Part shown: in pieces, positions 1-9,221 of the stretch
How the letters are laid out: each line of letters starts with the position of its first letter
Position numbering within the stretch: position 1 is the stretch's first letter
From: an uncultured Clostridia bacterium
GTDB lineage: Bacteria > Bacillota > Clostridia > TANB77 > CAG-508
DNA length: 32,000 nt
Assembly (NCBI GenBank): GCA_944393125.1
Contig: CALXZB010000008.1
Span: forward strand, 7,528 to 39,527
Reading direction: 5' to 3'
Translations under genes and position numbers: made by a program
The notes under the pieces: model-generated
The model's input: only the letters and a program-made list of their open reading frames with translations
Database searches by the model: none
Told to the model about the DNA's origin: nothing

Positions 1-3000
1 TAAATAAAAATTAAAACACTGTCAGCAGAAATAATAGCAAAAATATAAAAGGTAAAAAATGTAAGTAGTAAAAAGCTTTTAACTAATAAATAAAAAATGT
101 GGCTTAAGAAAAAAATATATTGAATATTATTTCATAAAATCTTATAAATAATTATTTTAAAATTAAAATAATTAAACAGTTAAAATAAAAAATTTAAAAT
201 AATTACTAAAATAATAAGAAATAAATTTAAAATATTTATAAAAAAATTTTTAATAAATAATATATAAATAAAAAAATTATAAAAAATTATTAAAAAAATA
301 AAATAAAAATATATTTAAAATAAAATATAAAAAATAAAATCATAAAATTAATTATTAAAATAACAAAAATATTAAAATAATTTAATTAATAAAATAAAAA
401 ATATACTAATAAAAAATATAATTAATTAAATAAAAATAAATAATAATTAAGTATAAAGAATTTAAATAAAAATATTAAAAAAATAAAAATTATTTATAAA
501 ATGAAAATAAAATAATAGAAGAAAAGTGGAAATAAATGTATATATTTTAAACAGTAAAGATAGCTAATTTTTTATATAATAAAATAAAAAATTAAAAAAA
601 CAAATAAATGAAAATTAAAACACTGTCAGCAGAAACAATAACAAAAACATAAAAGGTAAAAAATGTAAGTATTAAAAAATTACAAAAGAATAAATAAAAT
701 AATTAATATATTAAAAAATAAATTAAAAAGCATATTCAAAATAATTTCGTAAATAATTATTTTAAAATAAAAAAATATATAAATGTGAAATAATAAAAAA
801 TAAAAAATTTTATTATAAACACAATTTAAAAAATATTAAATAATAAAAATAAAAAATTAATAAATAATTGTTTTAATAATTAAAATAATTATTTATTAAA
901 AATAGAAAATAAAATTGTAAAAAATAAAATCAAAATAATTTTAGAAAATAAATATAAAAAATATAAAAATTAAAAATATTAAGAATAAAAAAATTAGAAG
1001 ATAAATTAAAATTAATTATTAAAAAAATAAAAAATATTAAAATAAATTAATTAAAAAAGTATATATTAATAAAAAAATATATTAATTAAATAAAAATAAT
1101 AATTAAAATAAAAATAAATAATAATTAATTATTATTTATAAAGAATTTAAATAAAAATATTAAAAAAATAAAAATTATTTATAAAATGAAAATAAAACAG
1201 TAGAAGAAAGATGGAAATAAATGTATATATTTTAAACAGTAAAGAATAACTAATTTTTTATATAATAAAATAAAAAATTAAAAAAACAAATAAATAAAAA
1301 TTAAAACACTGTCAGCAGAAATAATAGCAAAAATATAAAAGGTAAAAAATGTAAGTAGTAAAAAGCTTTTAACTAATAAATAAAAAATGTGGCTTAAGAA
1401 AAAAATATCTTGAATATTATTTCATAAAATCTTATAAATAATTATTTTAAAATTAAAATAATTAAACAGTTAAAATAAAACATAAATAATAACTAAAGAA
1501 ATAAAAAATAAAAATACAGTTAAAATAAAAAATTAAAAATAATTACTAAAATGATAAGAAATGAATTTAAAATATTTATAAAAAAATTTTTAATAAATAA
1601 TATATAAATAAAAAAATTATAAAAATTTATTTAAAAAATAAAATAAAAATATATTTAAAATAAAATATAAAAATATAAAAAAATAAAATCATAAAATTAA
1701 TTATTAAAATAATAAAAAAATATTAAAATAATTTAATTAATAAAATAAAAAATATATTAATAAAAAATATAATTAATTAAATAAAAATAATAACTAATGT
1801 AAAATAAATAATAAATTAATTATAAATAATTTAGACAAGAATATTTAAAAAATAAAAATTATTTATAAAATAAAAATAAAATAGTAGAAAAAAATATGGA
1901 AATAAATGTATATATTTTTAAACAAAAAGAATAATTATTTTTTTAAAAATAAAATAAAAAATAAAACAAACTAATAGATAAAAATTTAAATATAACTAGC
2001 AGAAGGAATAACAAAAGAATAAAAGGTAAAAAATGTAAGGAACAAAAAACTTAACTATAAAAAAATATATATTAAATATTATTTTATAAAATTTTATAAA
2101 TAATTATTTTTGAAATTAAAAAATTATATATTTAAAATAAAAGTAAAAATAATTACTAAAGAAATAAAAAATAAATTTTAAATATTTATAAAAAAATATT
2201 CTAAATAAAATAATTTAATTAATAAAATAATTTTTAAAATTAAATAATATATTTATAAAAATAAATAATAATTAAAAAAATTTTTAATAATAAAAATAAA
2301 AAAATTAATAAATAATTATTTATTAAAAATAAAAAGTAAAATAGTAAAAAATAAATTCAAAATAATAAAAAAATAAATATAAAAACTAAAAATACTAATA
2401 ATTAAAAAATAAAATGATAAAAAATAAGATAAAAAAATTAATTGGCAAAATAAAATTAAAAAATAATTAATATAAAAATAAATAATTATTAATTATAAAG
2501 AATTTAAATAAAATATTTTAAGAATAATATTTATATATATAGTAAAATAATGAGCGAAAAGTGGAAATAAATGTATATGTTTTAAATAATAAATAATTTT
2601 ATATGATAAAATAAAAATTATTAATAATAAGTATTAAAAAATTAAAATCTAGATGACAGAAGTAATAGCAAAAACATAAAAGGTAAAAAATGTAAGCATT
2701 AAAAATTTAAAAATAATAAATAAAATAATATAAAAAAAGAAATGAAATATAGATTTAAAATAATTTTATAAAATAGCAAAAAAATTATTTTAAAATTAAA
2801 ACAATTATTTATTAAAATAAAAAACTAAAAAAAAGATCTAAAATAAATCTTTATAATAATAATAAATATAATTCTAAAAATATAAATAATAATAAAAATT
2901 GGAAAAATAATTTTAAAATTAAAATAATAAAAATATTTTAAATAATAAAAATAATTATAAAATAAAATGATAAATAAAATATTTTAATAAAAAAATAAAT

Positions 3001-3150
3001 AATAAAATTATAAAAAAATAAAAAAATTAATAAATAATTATTTATTAAAAATATAGTAAAAATAAAATTAAAACTAATTATAAAAATAATAAAAATTAAA
3101 AAATATAAAATAATATAAAATAATATAATTAATTTACAAAAATTATATTT
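1..3150. repeat. Ultra-AT-rich non-coding tandem array, at least 5 degenerate units of about 600-690 bp, truncated by the window start
   Basis: The ORF track lists no ORF of 60 aa or more on either strand. A perfectly conserved 21-mer, ataaaaggtaaaaaatgtaag, occurs at 45, 649, 1335, 2019 and 2676. A 17-mer, tggaaataaatgtatat, occurs at 527, 1212, 1897 and 2562. Positions 1-190 match 1291-1480 with 1 mismatch. The + strand is strongly A-rich. Confidence 0.9.
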
Positions 3151-3167
3151 TATTTTGAAAGGAGGTC

Positions 3168-3189
3168 ATGATAATTTAAAAATTATCAT
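3168..3189 (+). promoter_or_regulatory. Perfect 22-bp palindrome (atgataattt aa aaattatcat) between a strong SD and the ATG of the downstream ORF; possible operator or SD-bridging hairpin
   Basis: The arms 3168-3177 and 3180-3189 are exact reverse complements. GGAGG lies at 3161-3165 and the ATG at 3198. Confidence 0.5.
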
Positions 3190-3197
3190 AAAAAGAT

Positions 3198-3884
3198 ATG
3201 GAAATTGACAATGAAATAAATATAGAAAAAAATAATTTTTTAAATAATATTATAGGACAAACCATAAATAATGCAATTGATATAGGATTAAAAGCAGTAT
3301 TGCCAGATTTAATAGAAAATCAAGTAATAGAAATTAAAGATGCTCTTTTGAAAAATGGACTGAAAGCAGGAGTAGAAACTGCAGTCAATTCAGCAATTGA
3401 TTTTGGAAAAAGTATTTCAGGAATTTTTACAGGAAATTTTGAGAATATGACACAAGTAAGAATAGCTGTTTCTGAGGGAGGAATATTAGAAACAATTTCA
3501 GATGTTTTAGATAAAATAGCAAATAAAACATATGAAGCTGGATATATAAATGAAACAGTTAATACATTAATAAAAAATGGCAAAGATATAATTTTAGATA
3601 ATATATCAAATAATATTAGAAAACAATTAGACGAACAGACAGATTTAATTGAAAACTTAAATAGATACATAGACAATTGGAAAGAAAGTTATAATAATCA
3701 AAACTTTATTGAAATGGAAAAAGAATATAACAAAATTGAAGAAAACATTGATAAAATTATACCTTTAGAAAATATAATAAAAGAAATAAGAGAAATAGAA
3801 AGCATACATAATTTAATAAAAAACAATGGTCAAAATTTTGAAATATCTGATCTGGAAAAAAATTTAGCAAAGAATTTAGTATAA
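3198..3884 (+). CDS. Hypothetical protein, predicted helical/coiled-coil, no recognised family
   Basis: 228-aa ORF with an ATG start. It has coding-like composition (Asn/Ile/Glu/Lys-rich) and no TM segment or signal peptide. No motif was recognised. Confidence 0.6.
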   Translation: MEIDNEINIEKNNFLNNIIGQTINNAIDIGLKAVLPDLIENQVIEIKDALLKNGLKAGVETAVNSAIDFGKSISGIFTGNFENMTQVRIAVSEGGILETISDVLDKIANKTYEAGYINETVNTLIKNGKDIILDNISNNIRKQLDEQTDLIENLNRYIDNWKESYNNQNFIEMEKEYNKIEENIDKIIPLENIIKEIREIESIHNLIKNNGQNFEISDLEKNLAKNLV

Positions 3885-3962
3885 TAATTTTTATTAAATA
3901 TCAATACCAAACTCTTAATTCGATATTGATATTTAATAATACATATTAAGTAATTATATATA

Positions 3963-4325
3963 TTAACTATTTAGATTTTCATTTTCTTCTTTAATTTTTT
4001 TACAAAAATCATTTGAACACATTACAATATGATAAATAAAATCAGAAGTTGATTGTGAGCTTACAGTTAATATATTATTAATTTTTTTTATAGTTTCATT
4101 ATTAGAATTTTTTCCAAACAATAAATAGTCAGCTGAAATACCAGTATATTTTACCACTTTTTTTAGAGTTTTTGCACTTAATGAGCGTTCTCCTCTTTCT
4201 ATTTGTCCTAAAAAAGAGTCTGTTATATCTATTTTTTCTGAAAATTCTTCTCTTGTCATATGCATGCCTTCTCTAATACTACGTAACCTTTCACCAATAT
4301 CAATATCTTCTTTATTAAATTGCAT
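3963..4325 (-). CDS. XRE-family helix-turn-helix transcriptional regulator
   Basis: The N-terminal segment IGERLRSIREGMHMTREEFSEKIDITDSFLGQIERGERSLSAKTLKKVVKYTGISADYLLFG is a canonical HTH_3/Cro-C1 fold pattern. The SD gaggtga (reverse complement of 4331-4337) precedes the ATG. Confidence 0.88.
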   Translation of the reverse strand: MQFNKEDIDIGERLRSIREGMHMTREEFSEKIDITDSFLGQIERGERSLSAKTLKKVVKYTGISADYLLFGKNSNNETIKKINNILTVSSQSTSDFIYHIVMCSNDFCKKIKEENENLNS

Positions 4326-4503
4326 TAAATCACCTCAAAAAAATTTTTTTATATTATATAGCGAAAAATGTCAACACATAATACGCAAAAAGCACATATT
4401 TTATATATACATCAAAAAATATTTAGTAAAAAATTTAAAAATAAAATATAAATTATGATTAATAAAATACAGTTAAATTATTTTAAAATAATTGGTAAAA
4501 ACC

Positions 4504-4532
4504 TTGCAAAATAAGGATTAGTATAATATAAT
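4504..4532 (+). promoter_or_regulatory. Sigma-A-type promoter for gyrA
   Basis: -35 ttgcaa at 4504-4509, a 17-nt spacer, and -10 tataat at 4527-4532, about 38 nt upstream of the gyrA ATG. The SD aagagg lies near 4554-4559. Confidence 0.55.
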
Positions 4533-4569
4533 ACACATGTAAAAGATAAAAAGAAAGAGGTAGAAAACA

Positions 4570-7023
4570 ATGGAAGAGAGACAAGAGGAAAATATAATTA
4601 AAAGAGATATTGAACAAGAAATGAGAACGGCATATATTGATTACGCAATGAGTGTAATTGTTTCTAGAGCATTACCAGATGTAAGAGATGGATTAAAACC
4701 TGTGCATAGAAGAATTTTATATGCAATGCATGAAGATGGTATTACTTCAGATAAACCATATAGGAAATGTGCTAATACTGTAGGTTCTGTACTTGGAAGA
4801 TATCATCCACATGGTGATGCATCAGTATATGATGCAATGGTAAGAATGGCACAAGACTTTTCAATGAGATATATGTTAATAGATGGGCATGGAAATTTTG
4901 GATCAATTGATGGTGATGGTGCAGCTGCAATGAGGTATACAGAAGCAAGAATGTCAAAAATAGCGGAACAAATGCTGGTTGATATAGAAAAAAATACTGT
5001 AGATTTTATGCCAAATTATGATGATAGATTACAAGAACCAACTGTATTACCAGCTAAAATACCAACATTATTAGTAAATGGATCATCAGGAATAGCTGTT
5101 GGTATGGCAACAAATATACCACCTCATAATTTAAGAGAAATAATTGATGGTATAATTAAAATAATTGATGATGATAATGTAACAGATGATGATTTATTAC
5201 AAATAATTAAAGGACCGGATTTTCCAACAGAAGGATTGATTTTAGGAAGAGAAGGAATAAAGGAAGCATATAAAACAGGAAAAGGCAAAATAATAATGAG
5301 AGCTGAAGCTGAAATAGAAGAAATGAGTGGTAATAAACAAAGAATAATAGTTTCTTCATTACCATATCAAGTAAATAAAGCTAGGCTAATTGAAAATATT
5401 GCCAAATTAACTAGGGAGAAAAGGATTGAAGGAATTTCAGAATTACGTGATGAATCAGATAGAAATGATAAAGTAAGAATTGTTATGGAACTTAAGAGAG
5501 ATGCGAATCCACAAATAGTATTAAACCAATTATATAAAAATACACAAATGCAAGATACTTTTGGTGTAATAATGTTAGCTTTAGTTGATGGAGAACCTAA
5601 AATTTTAACTTTAAGACAATGTTTAGACTGTTACATAGATCATAGAAAAAATGTAATTTTACGTAGAACAAAATTTGAATTAGATAAAGCTTTAGCAAGA
5701 GCACATATATTAGAAGGATTAAGAATTGCAATAGATAATATAGATGAAGTAATTTCAATAATTCGTAATTCATATGATGATGCTAAAGAAAGATTAATTG
5801 AAAGATTTGGATTAACTGATATACAAGCTCAAGCTATACTAGATATGAGATTAAAAACATTATCTGGTTTACAACGTGAAAAAATCGAAGAAGAATATAA
5901 ACAATTAATGGAATTAATAGAACATTTAAGAGCGATATTAAATAGTGAAAAATTAGTTTTTGATATTATAAAAGAAGAACTTATCGAAATTAAAGATAAA
6001 TTTGGTGATGATAGAAAAACAAAAATAGTAGCAGCAGAAGGAGAAATAGATGTTGAAGATTTAATAAAAGAGGAACAATCTGTTATTGCTTTAACACATT
6101 TTGGATATATTAAGAGAATGCCAATTGATACATATAGAAGTCAAAAACGTGGAGGAAAGGGAATTACAGGTATTGCAACTAGAGAAGAAGATTTTGTAAA
6201 GCAGATATTTACAGCATCAACTCATGATACAATTTTATTCTTTACAAATAAGGGAAAACTATATAAATTAAGAGGATATGAAGTTCCTGAAGCAGGAAGA
6301 ATGGCAAGAGGAACTGCAATTGTCAACTTGCTAAGTTTAGATGCAGGTGAAAAAGTTTCTGCAGTAATACCAATTCAGAATTTTGCTGAAGGTAAATATT
6401 TATTAATGGCAACTAAAAAAGGTTTAATAAAGAAAACAGCTTTAGCAGAATATAATTCAGCACGAAAGACAGGACTTCAAGGTATAACACTAAAAGAAGA
6501 TGATGAATTAATTGCAGTTAGATTAACAGATGGAGAAGACAATGTAGTCCTAGTAACAAGGAATGGTATGTGTATAACATTTGATGAAAAAGATGTACGT
6601 CCAATTGGAAGAGTTTCTCAAGGTGTTATTGGAATAAGAATTGATGAAAATGATGAAGTTATTGGAATGGAATCAATTATATCAGGTGGAAAAGCAACAT
6701 TATTAGCTATTACGGAAAATGGATTTGGAAAAAGGACGGAACTTGATGAATACAGAGTGCAAATAAGAGGAGGAAAGGGTGTTGTAACATATAAAATTAC
6801 ACCTAAAACAGGAAAATTAGTAGGAGTTAGAATTGCTACTGATGATGAAGATGTAATGCTAATAACAGATACTGGAACAATAATTAGACTAAAAGTAAAA
6901 GATATTAGTATTTTAGGAAGACCTACACAAGGTGTTACATTAATGAGAACAACAGACGGAGGAAAAGTAGTAAGTATAGAAACATTAACTCCTGAAATTG
7001 CTGATACAGATGCAGCTGAATAA
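4570..7023 (+). CDS. gyrA: DNA gyrase subunit A
   Basis: The N-terminus carries YAMSVIVSRALPDVRDGLKPVHRRILYAM, with the catalytic Tyr in AAMRYTEARM. The QRDR-like segment HPHGDASVYDAMVRMAQ is present. The GyrA-box YRSQKRGGKGITG in the C-terminal beta-pinwheel separates GyrA from ParC. Confidence 0.98.
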   Translation: MEERQEENIIKRDIEQEMRTAYIDYAMSVIVSRALPDVRDGLKPVHRRILYAMHEDGITSDKPYRKCANTVGSVLGRYHPHGDASVYDAMVRMAQDFSMRYMLIDGHGNFGSIDGDGAAAMRYTEARMSKIAEQMLVDIEKNTVDFMPNYDDRLQEPTVLPAKIPTLLVNGSSGIAVGMATNIPPHNLREIIDGIIKIIDDDNVTDDDLLQIIKGPDFPTEGLILGREGIKEAYKTGKGKIIMRAEAEIEEMSGNKQRIIVSSLPYQVNKARLIENIAKLTREKRIEGISELRDESDRNDKVRIVMELKRDANPQIVLNQLYKNTQMQDTFGVIMLALVDGEPKILTLRQCLDCYIDHRKNVILRRTKFELDKALARAHILEGLRIAIDNIDEVISIIRNSYDDAKERLIERFGLTDIQAQAILDMRLKTLSGLQREKIEEEYKQLMELIEHLRAILNSEKLVFDIIKEELIEIKDKFGDDRKTKIVAAEGEIDVEDLIKEEQSVIALTHFGYIKRMPIDTYRSQKRGGKGITGIATREEDFVKQIFTASTHDTILFFTNKGKLYKLRGYEVPEAGRMARGTAIVNLLSLDAGEKVSAVIPIQNFAEGKYLLMATKKGLIKKTALAEYNSARKTGLQGITLKEDDELIAVRLTDGEDNVVLVTRNGMCITFDEKDVRPIGRVSQGVIGIRIDENDEVIGMESIISGGKATLLAITENGFGKRTELDEYRVQIRGGKGVVTYKITPKTGKLVGVRIATDDEDVMLITDTGTIIRLKVKDISILGRPTQGVTLMRTTDGGKVVSIETLTPEIADTDAAE

Positions 7024-7027
7024 AATG

Positions 7028-7079
7028 AAAGAAAGTATAAAAATGAAAAATAATTCAACATTTTATACTTTCTTTTTTT
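7028..7079. terminator. Bidirectional rho-independent terminator between convergent gyrA and the dnaI-like gene
   Basis: A perfect 12-bp stem, gaaagtataaaa (7031-7042) with ttttatactttc (7061-7072), is followed by a T7 run at 7073-7079. An A-run lies on the other side. Confidence 0.8.
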
Positions 7080-7112
7080 GTAGAAAATTTTATATAAAAA
7101 GCAAAATGCTTT

Positions 7113-8123
7113 CTATCTTTTTAAATTAAATCTTAAATCATTTCCGAAAAAATAATAAATATCATAAAAACCAGCAATTCTAGAACCTATTCTTTCTTCA
7201 TAATTTTTAAAAATATTATTTATGCTTAAATTAGTAGATATTATTGTTTTGGTAACTTTATTATTTAGATTAAGCAAACGAGTATTTAAAATTGTAAATA
7301 ATTCACTTAGTTTCATACTATTTAAGCACTCTGTACCTAAATCATCAATTATAAGTAAATCAGATTCTAATACATCTTTATAAAAATTATCCTGTATAGA
7401 AGTTTTATATTTATTCATTTTATTATCAATAACTGTCTCCAATAATACTGGAGCTGTTTGATATAAAACATTTTTTCCTTTTTTAATTAATTCATTTGCA
7501 ATACAATTACTCATAAATGTTTTTCCAAGCCCAGTATTTCCTGTAAATAGCAAATTATGAGTCTGAGGATTATCAAAATTTTCAACAAATTCTATACATT
7601 TTTCTTTTATATTTATAATATTTTGACGTGGTGAAATGTTTATTTTATATTTTTCTAGTTCAATTTTGTCAGAAAAAAGATTTATATTAAATACATCAAA
7701 ATTTTCTTTTGAAAGATTTGATATATTTGATTTGTTATATGATATATCTAATAGCTTTTGCTTTAAACAAGGGCATAAAGTGGAAGCAGAGTTTTCACTT
7801 TTTATATATCCCGTATCCTTGCAAATTTTACATTCATAATTAGGCTGTAGAAAGCTATTATCAAGTTTATATTTTTTTAATAATTCATTTTTTTCTTTTT
7901 TTAATTCTTCAATTTTTGCTTGAAGATTTTCTAAAGAAGCTGAATTACCATTTAATATATTTTTTGCTGTATTAATTGCAAAATTATTTAATTCATTTTC
8001 AATTTCTTGTAAACGAGGATATTTATCAAAAATTTTTTGTTTATGTTCTTCAAAATTCAATTCAGCCCTACGTTTTTTTTGTTCATATTCTAATAACAAT
8101 GTTGATAAAATTTCGTTAGACAT
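7113..8123 (-). CDS. DnaC/DnaI-family replicative helicase loader (AAA+), with an N-terminal Cys-rich zinc module
   Basis: Walker A is FTGNTGLGKTF and Walker B is LLIIDDLGTE. The sensor is ISTN and the Arg-finger region is RIGSRI. The N-terminal CKICKDTGY...CPC resembles the DnaI zinc-binding domain. The start overlaps the upstream gene stop by 8 nt, and an SD aaggag lies inside the upstream gene. Confidence 0.85.
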   Translation of the reverse strand: MSNEILSTLLLEYEQKKRRAELNFEEHKQKIFDKYPRLQEIENELNNFAINTAKNILNGNSASLENLQAKIEELKKEKNELLKKYKLDNSFLQPNYECKICKDTGYIKSENSASTLCPCLKQKLLDISYNKSNISNLSKENFDVFNINLFSDKIELEKYKINISPRQNIINIKEKCIEFVENFDNPQTHNLLFTGNTGLGKTFMSNCIANELIKKGKNVLYQTAPVLLETVIDNKMNKYKTSIQDNFYKDVLESDLLIIDDLGTECLNSMKLSELFTILNTRLLNLNNKVTKTIISTNLSINNIFKNYEERIGSRIAGFYDIYYFFGNDLRFNLKR

Positions 8124-9171
8124 TAATTTCTCCTTTTATATTAAAAAAATCTGAAACAGCAATTTTTGAATCATTTGAATTATTTGTAAATTGTTCAGAA
8201 GAAACTCCTGCATTTGCATATAAAAATGATAAATTATCGTATTGTCTTTGATCAAATGATGCTTTTGTTACTTGTTTTTCTAATTGCTTTATATCCTTCT
8301 TTTGTTTATTTCGTTGCTCTATAAATGCAAGTATTTCATTTGCAGTTTTTAAATTTCTATCATGCCAATCTGTAATTATATTGTTAAAATATTCAAATGT
8401 TGGATTTGACTTGAAAGTAGTTCTTTTTAATGCAATTTCAATTATATTTAAGTCATACCCAAAATCAATTATCCATTTTTCTATATAAGCTTCTTCATAC
8501 TGAGTTAGAGTTTGTTTTCCTAATTTTTTTGCAATAGTTTTCTTAATTTTTACTAATTTTTCCTGTTTTTGATAGTATAGGTCTAAATCATTCCATGTAT
8601 GTATTTTATTATTTCCCCAAGCTTCAGCAACCGTTTGAACATATTTTTTGTGTAAAGCAGAACGACTAAAACAATATTCAAAAAGTGCAATCATAACTTG
8701 ATCATCAAAATTATATTTTGTAAACCATAAATCAATGTCATTATACCAAGAAGGTCCCATAATTCCTTGAAAATAAGCATTATTTATATGATTTATAACT
8801 TTTGCTCTAGCTTTATTTTTTGCAACATCTGCAACTTTTTCGGGTGATGCAGTTAAATTAGGAGTATATAATTTATGAAGAGTGGCTTCTTGTAAATTAG
8901 TCATAATATAACCAGTTTCTTTTTTGGTAATAAATCCATTTTGCTCTAAATAAGTAAGAGAGTCATTTATATCTTTTAGCTGTAATGCTAATTTTTTCGA
9001 CATATCATTCAATTTTATATCTTTTTTATATTTTGATAAAAAAAGCATATATAAATACACTTTAACACTATTGGCAGGCATTTGAGATAAATATTCTGCA
9101 AAAAAGATGTCAGGGACAACTGTTTCAGAGAATAACAAAGGTACTTCTGGATGCTCTAATTTCATTTTCAT
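8116..9171 (-). CDS. DnaD-domain replication initiation protein with B. subtilis DnaB-like architecture (winged-helix N-domain plus two DDBH2 repeats)
   Basis: Two copies of the YxxxIxxxW DDBH2 signature are present: YVQTVAEAW and YFNNIITDW. The SD ggagga (reverse complement of 9173-9178) precedes the ATG at 9171. The gene is translationally coupled to the loader gene downstream. Confidence 0.8.
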   Translation of the reverse strand: MKMKLEHPEVPLLFSETVVPDIFFAEYLSQMPANSVKVYLYMLFLSKYKKDIKLNDMSKKLALQLKDINDSLTYLEQNGFITKKETGYIMTNLQEATLHKLYTPNLTASPEKVADVAKNKARAKVINHINNAYFQGIMGPSWYNDIDLWFTKYNFDDQVMIALFEYCFSRSALHKKYVQTVAEAWGNNKIHTWNDLDLYYQKQEKLVKIKKTIAKKLGKQTLTQYEEAYIEKWIIDFGYDLNIIEIALKRTTFKSNPTFEYFNNIITDWHDRNLKTANEILAFIEQRNKQKKDIKQLEKQVTKASFDQRQYDNLSFLYANAGVSSEQFTNNSNDSKIAVSDFFNIKGEINV

Positions 9172-9189
9172 TCCTCCTTAAAAAGGAAC

Positions 9190-9221
9190 GAACCTAGTTC
9201 AAAAATTAATAAACTAGTTTC
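9190..9221 (-). terminator. Hairpin between the PrgI-like gene and the dnaB-like SD; possible partial terminator or attenuator
   Basis: gaacctagtt (9190-9199) pairs with aactagtttc (9212-9221) over 10 bp with 1 mismatch. On the minus strand it is followed by cgttccttttt and then the SD of the dnaB-like gene. Confidence 0.35.

Noticed and set aside
520-560. dif/Xer recombination site inside the conserved core (ggaaataaatgtatatattttaaac), suggesting Xer-mobilised cassettes
   Set aside because: The TGTATA centre and about 8/11 of a XerD-arm-like tattttaaac resemble dif. However, the XerC arm does not match, and the similarity consists entirely of A/T words in a background that is 92% A+T. This is too weak without a profile search.
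1-3150. CRISPR array or other short-repeat locus
   Set aside because: The repeat units are 600-690 bp and degenerate. There is no 25-40 bp direct repeat alternating with unique spacers, and no cas genes are nearby.
1-3150. Chromosomal replication origin (DnaA boxes plus a DNA-unwinding element)
   Set aside because: The best matches to TTATCCACA/TGTGGATAA that I could find by eye are 7/9: tgtggctta at about 98 and 1388, and agtggaaat at about 525. No dnaA or dnaN gene is adjacent. Matches this weak are expected by chance, so the idea is not supported, though it is not formally excluded.
3320-3676. 118-aa antisense ORF inside the 3198-3884 gene
   Set aside because: It lies fully within a better sense-strand ORF. 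Its Ser/Phe/Ile-rich low-complexity translation is typical of the reverse frame of an A-rich gene, and it has no SD.
4264-4458. 64-aa + strand ORF overlapping the XRE start and the gyrA upstream region
   Set aside because: It overlaps the XRE coding region and promoter, has no SD and has an implausible composition. The region is better explained as divergent promoters.
4570-7023. ParC (topoisomerase IV subunit A) instead of GyrA
   Set aside because: A GyrA-box (QKRGGKG) is present at the start of the C-terminal domain, and ParC lacks this motif.
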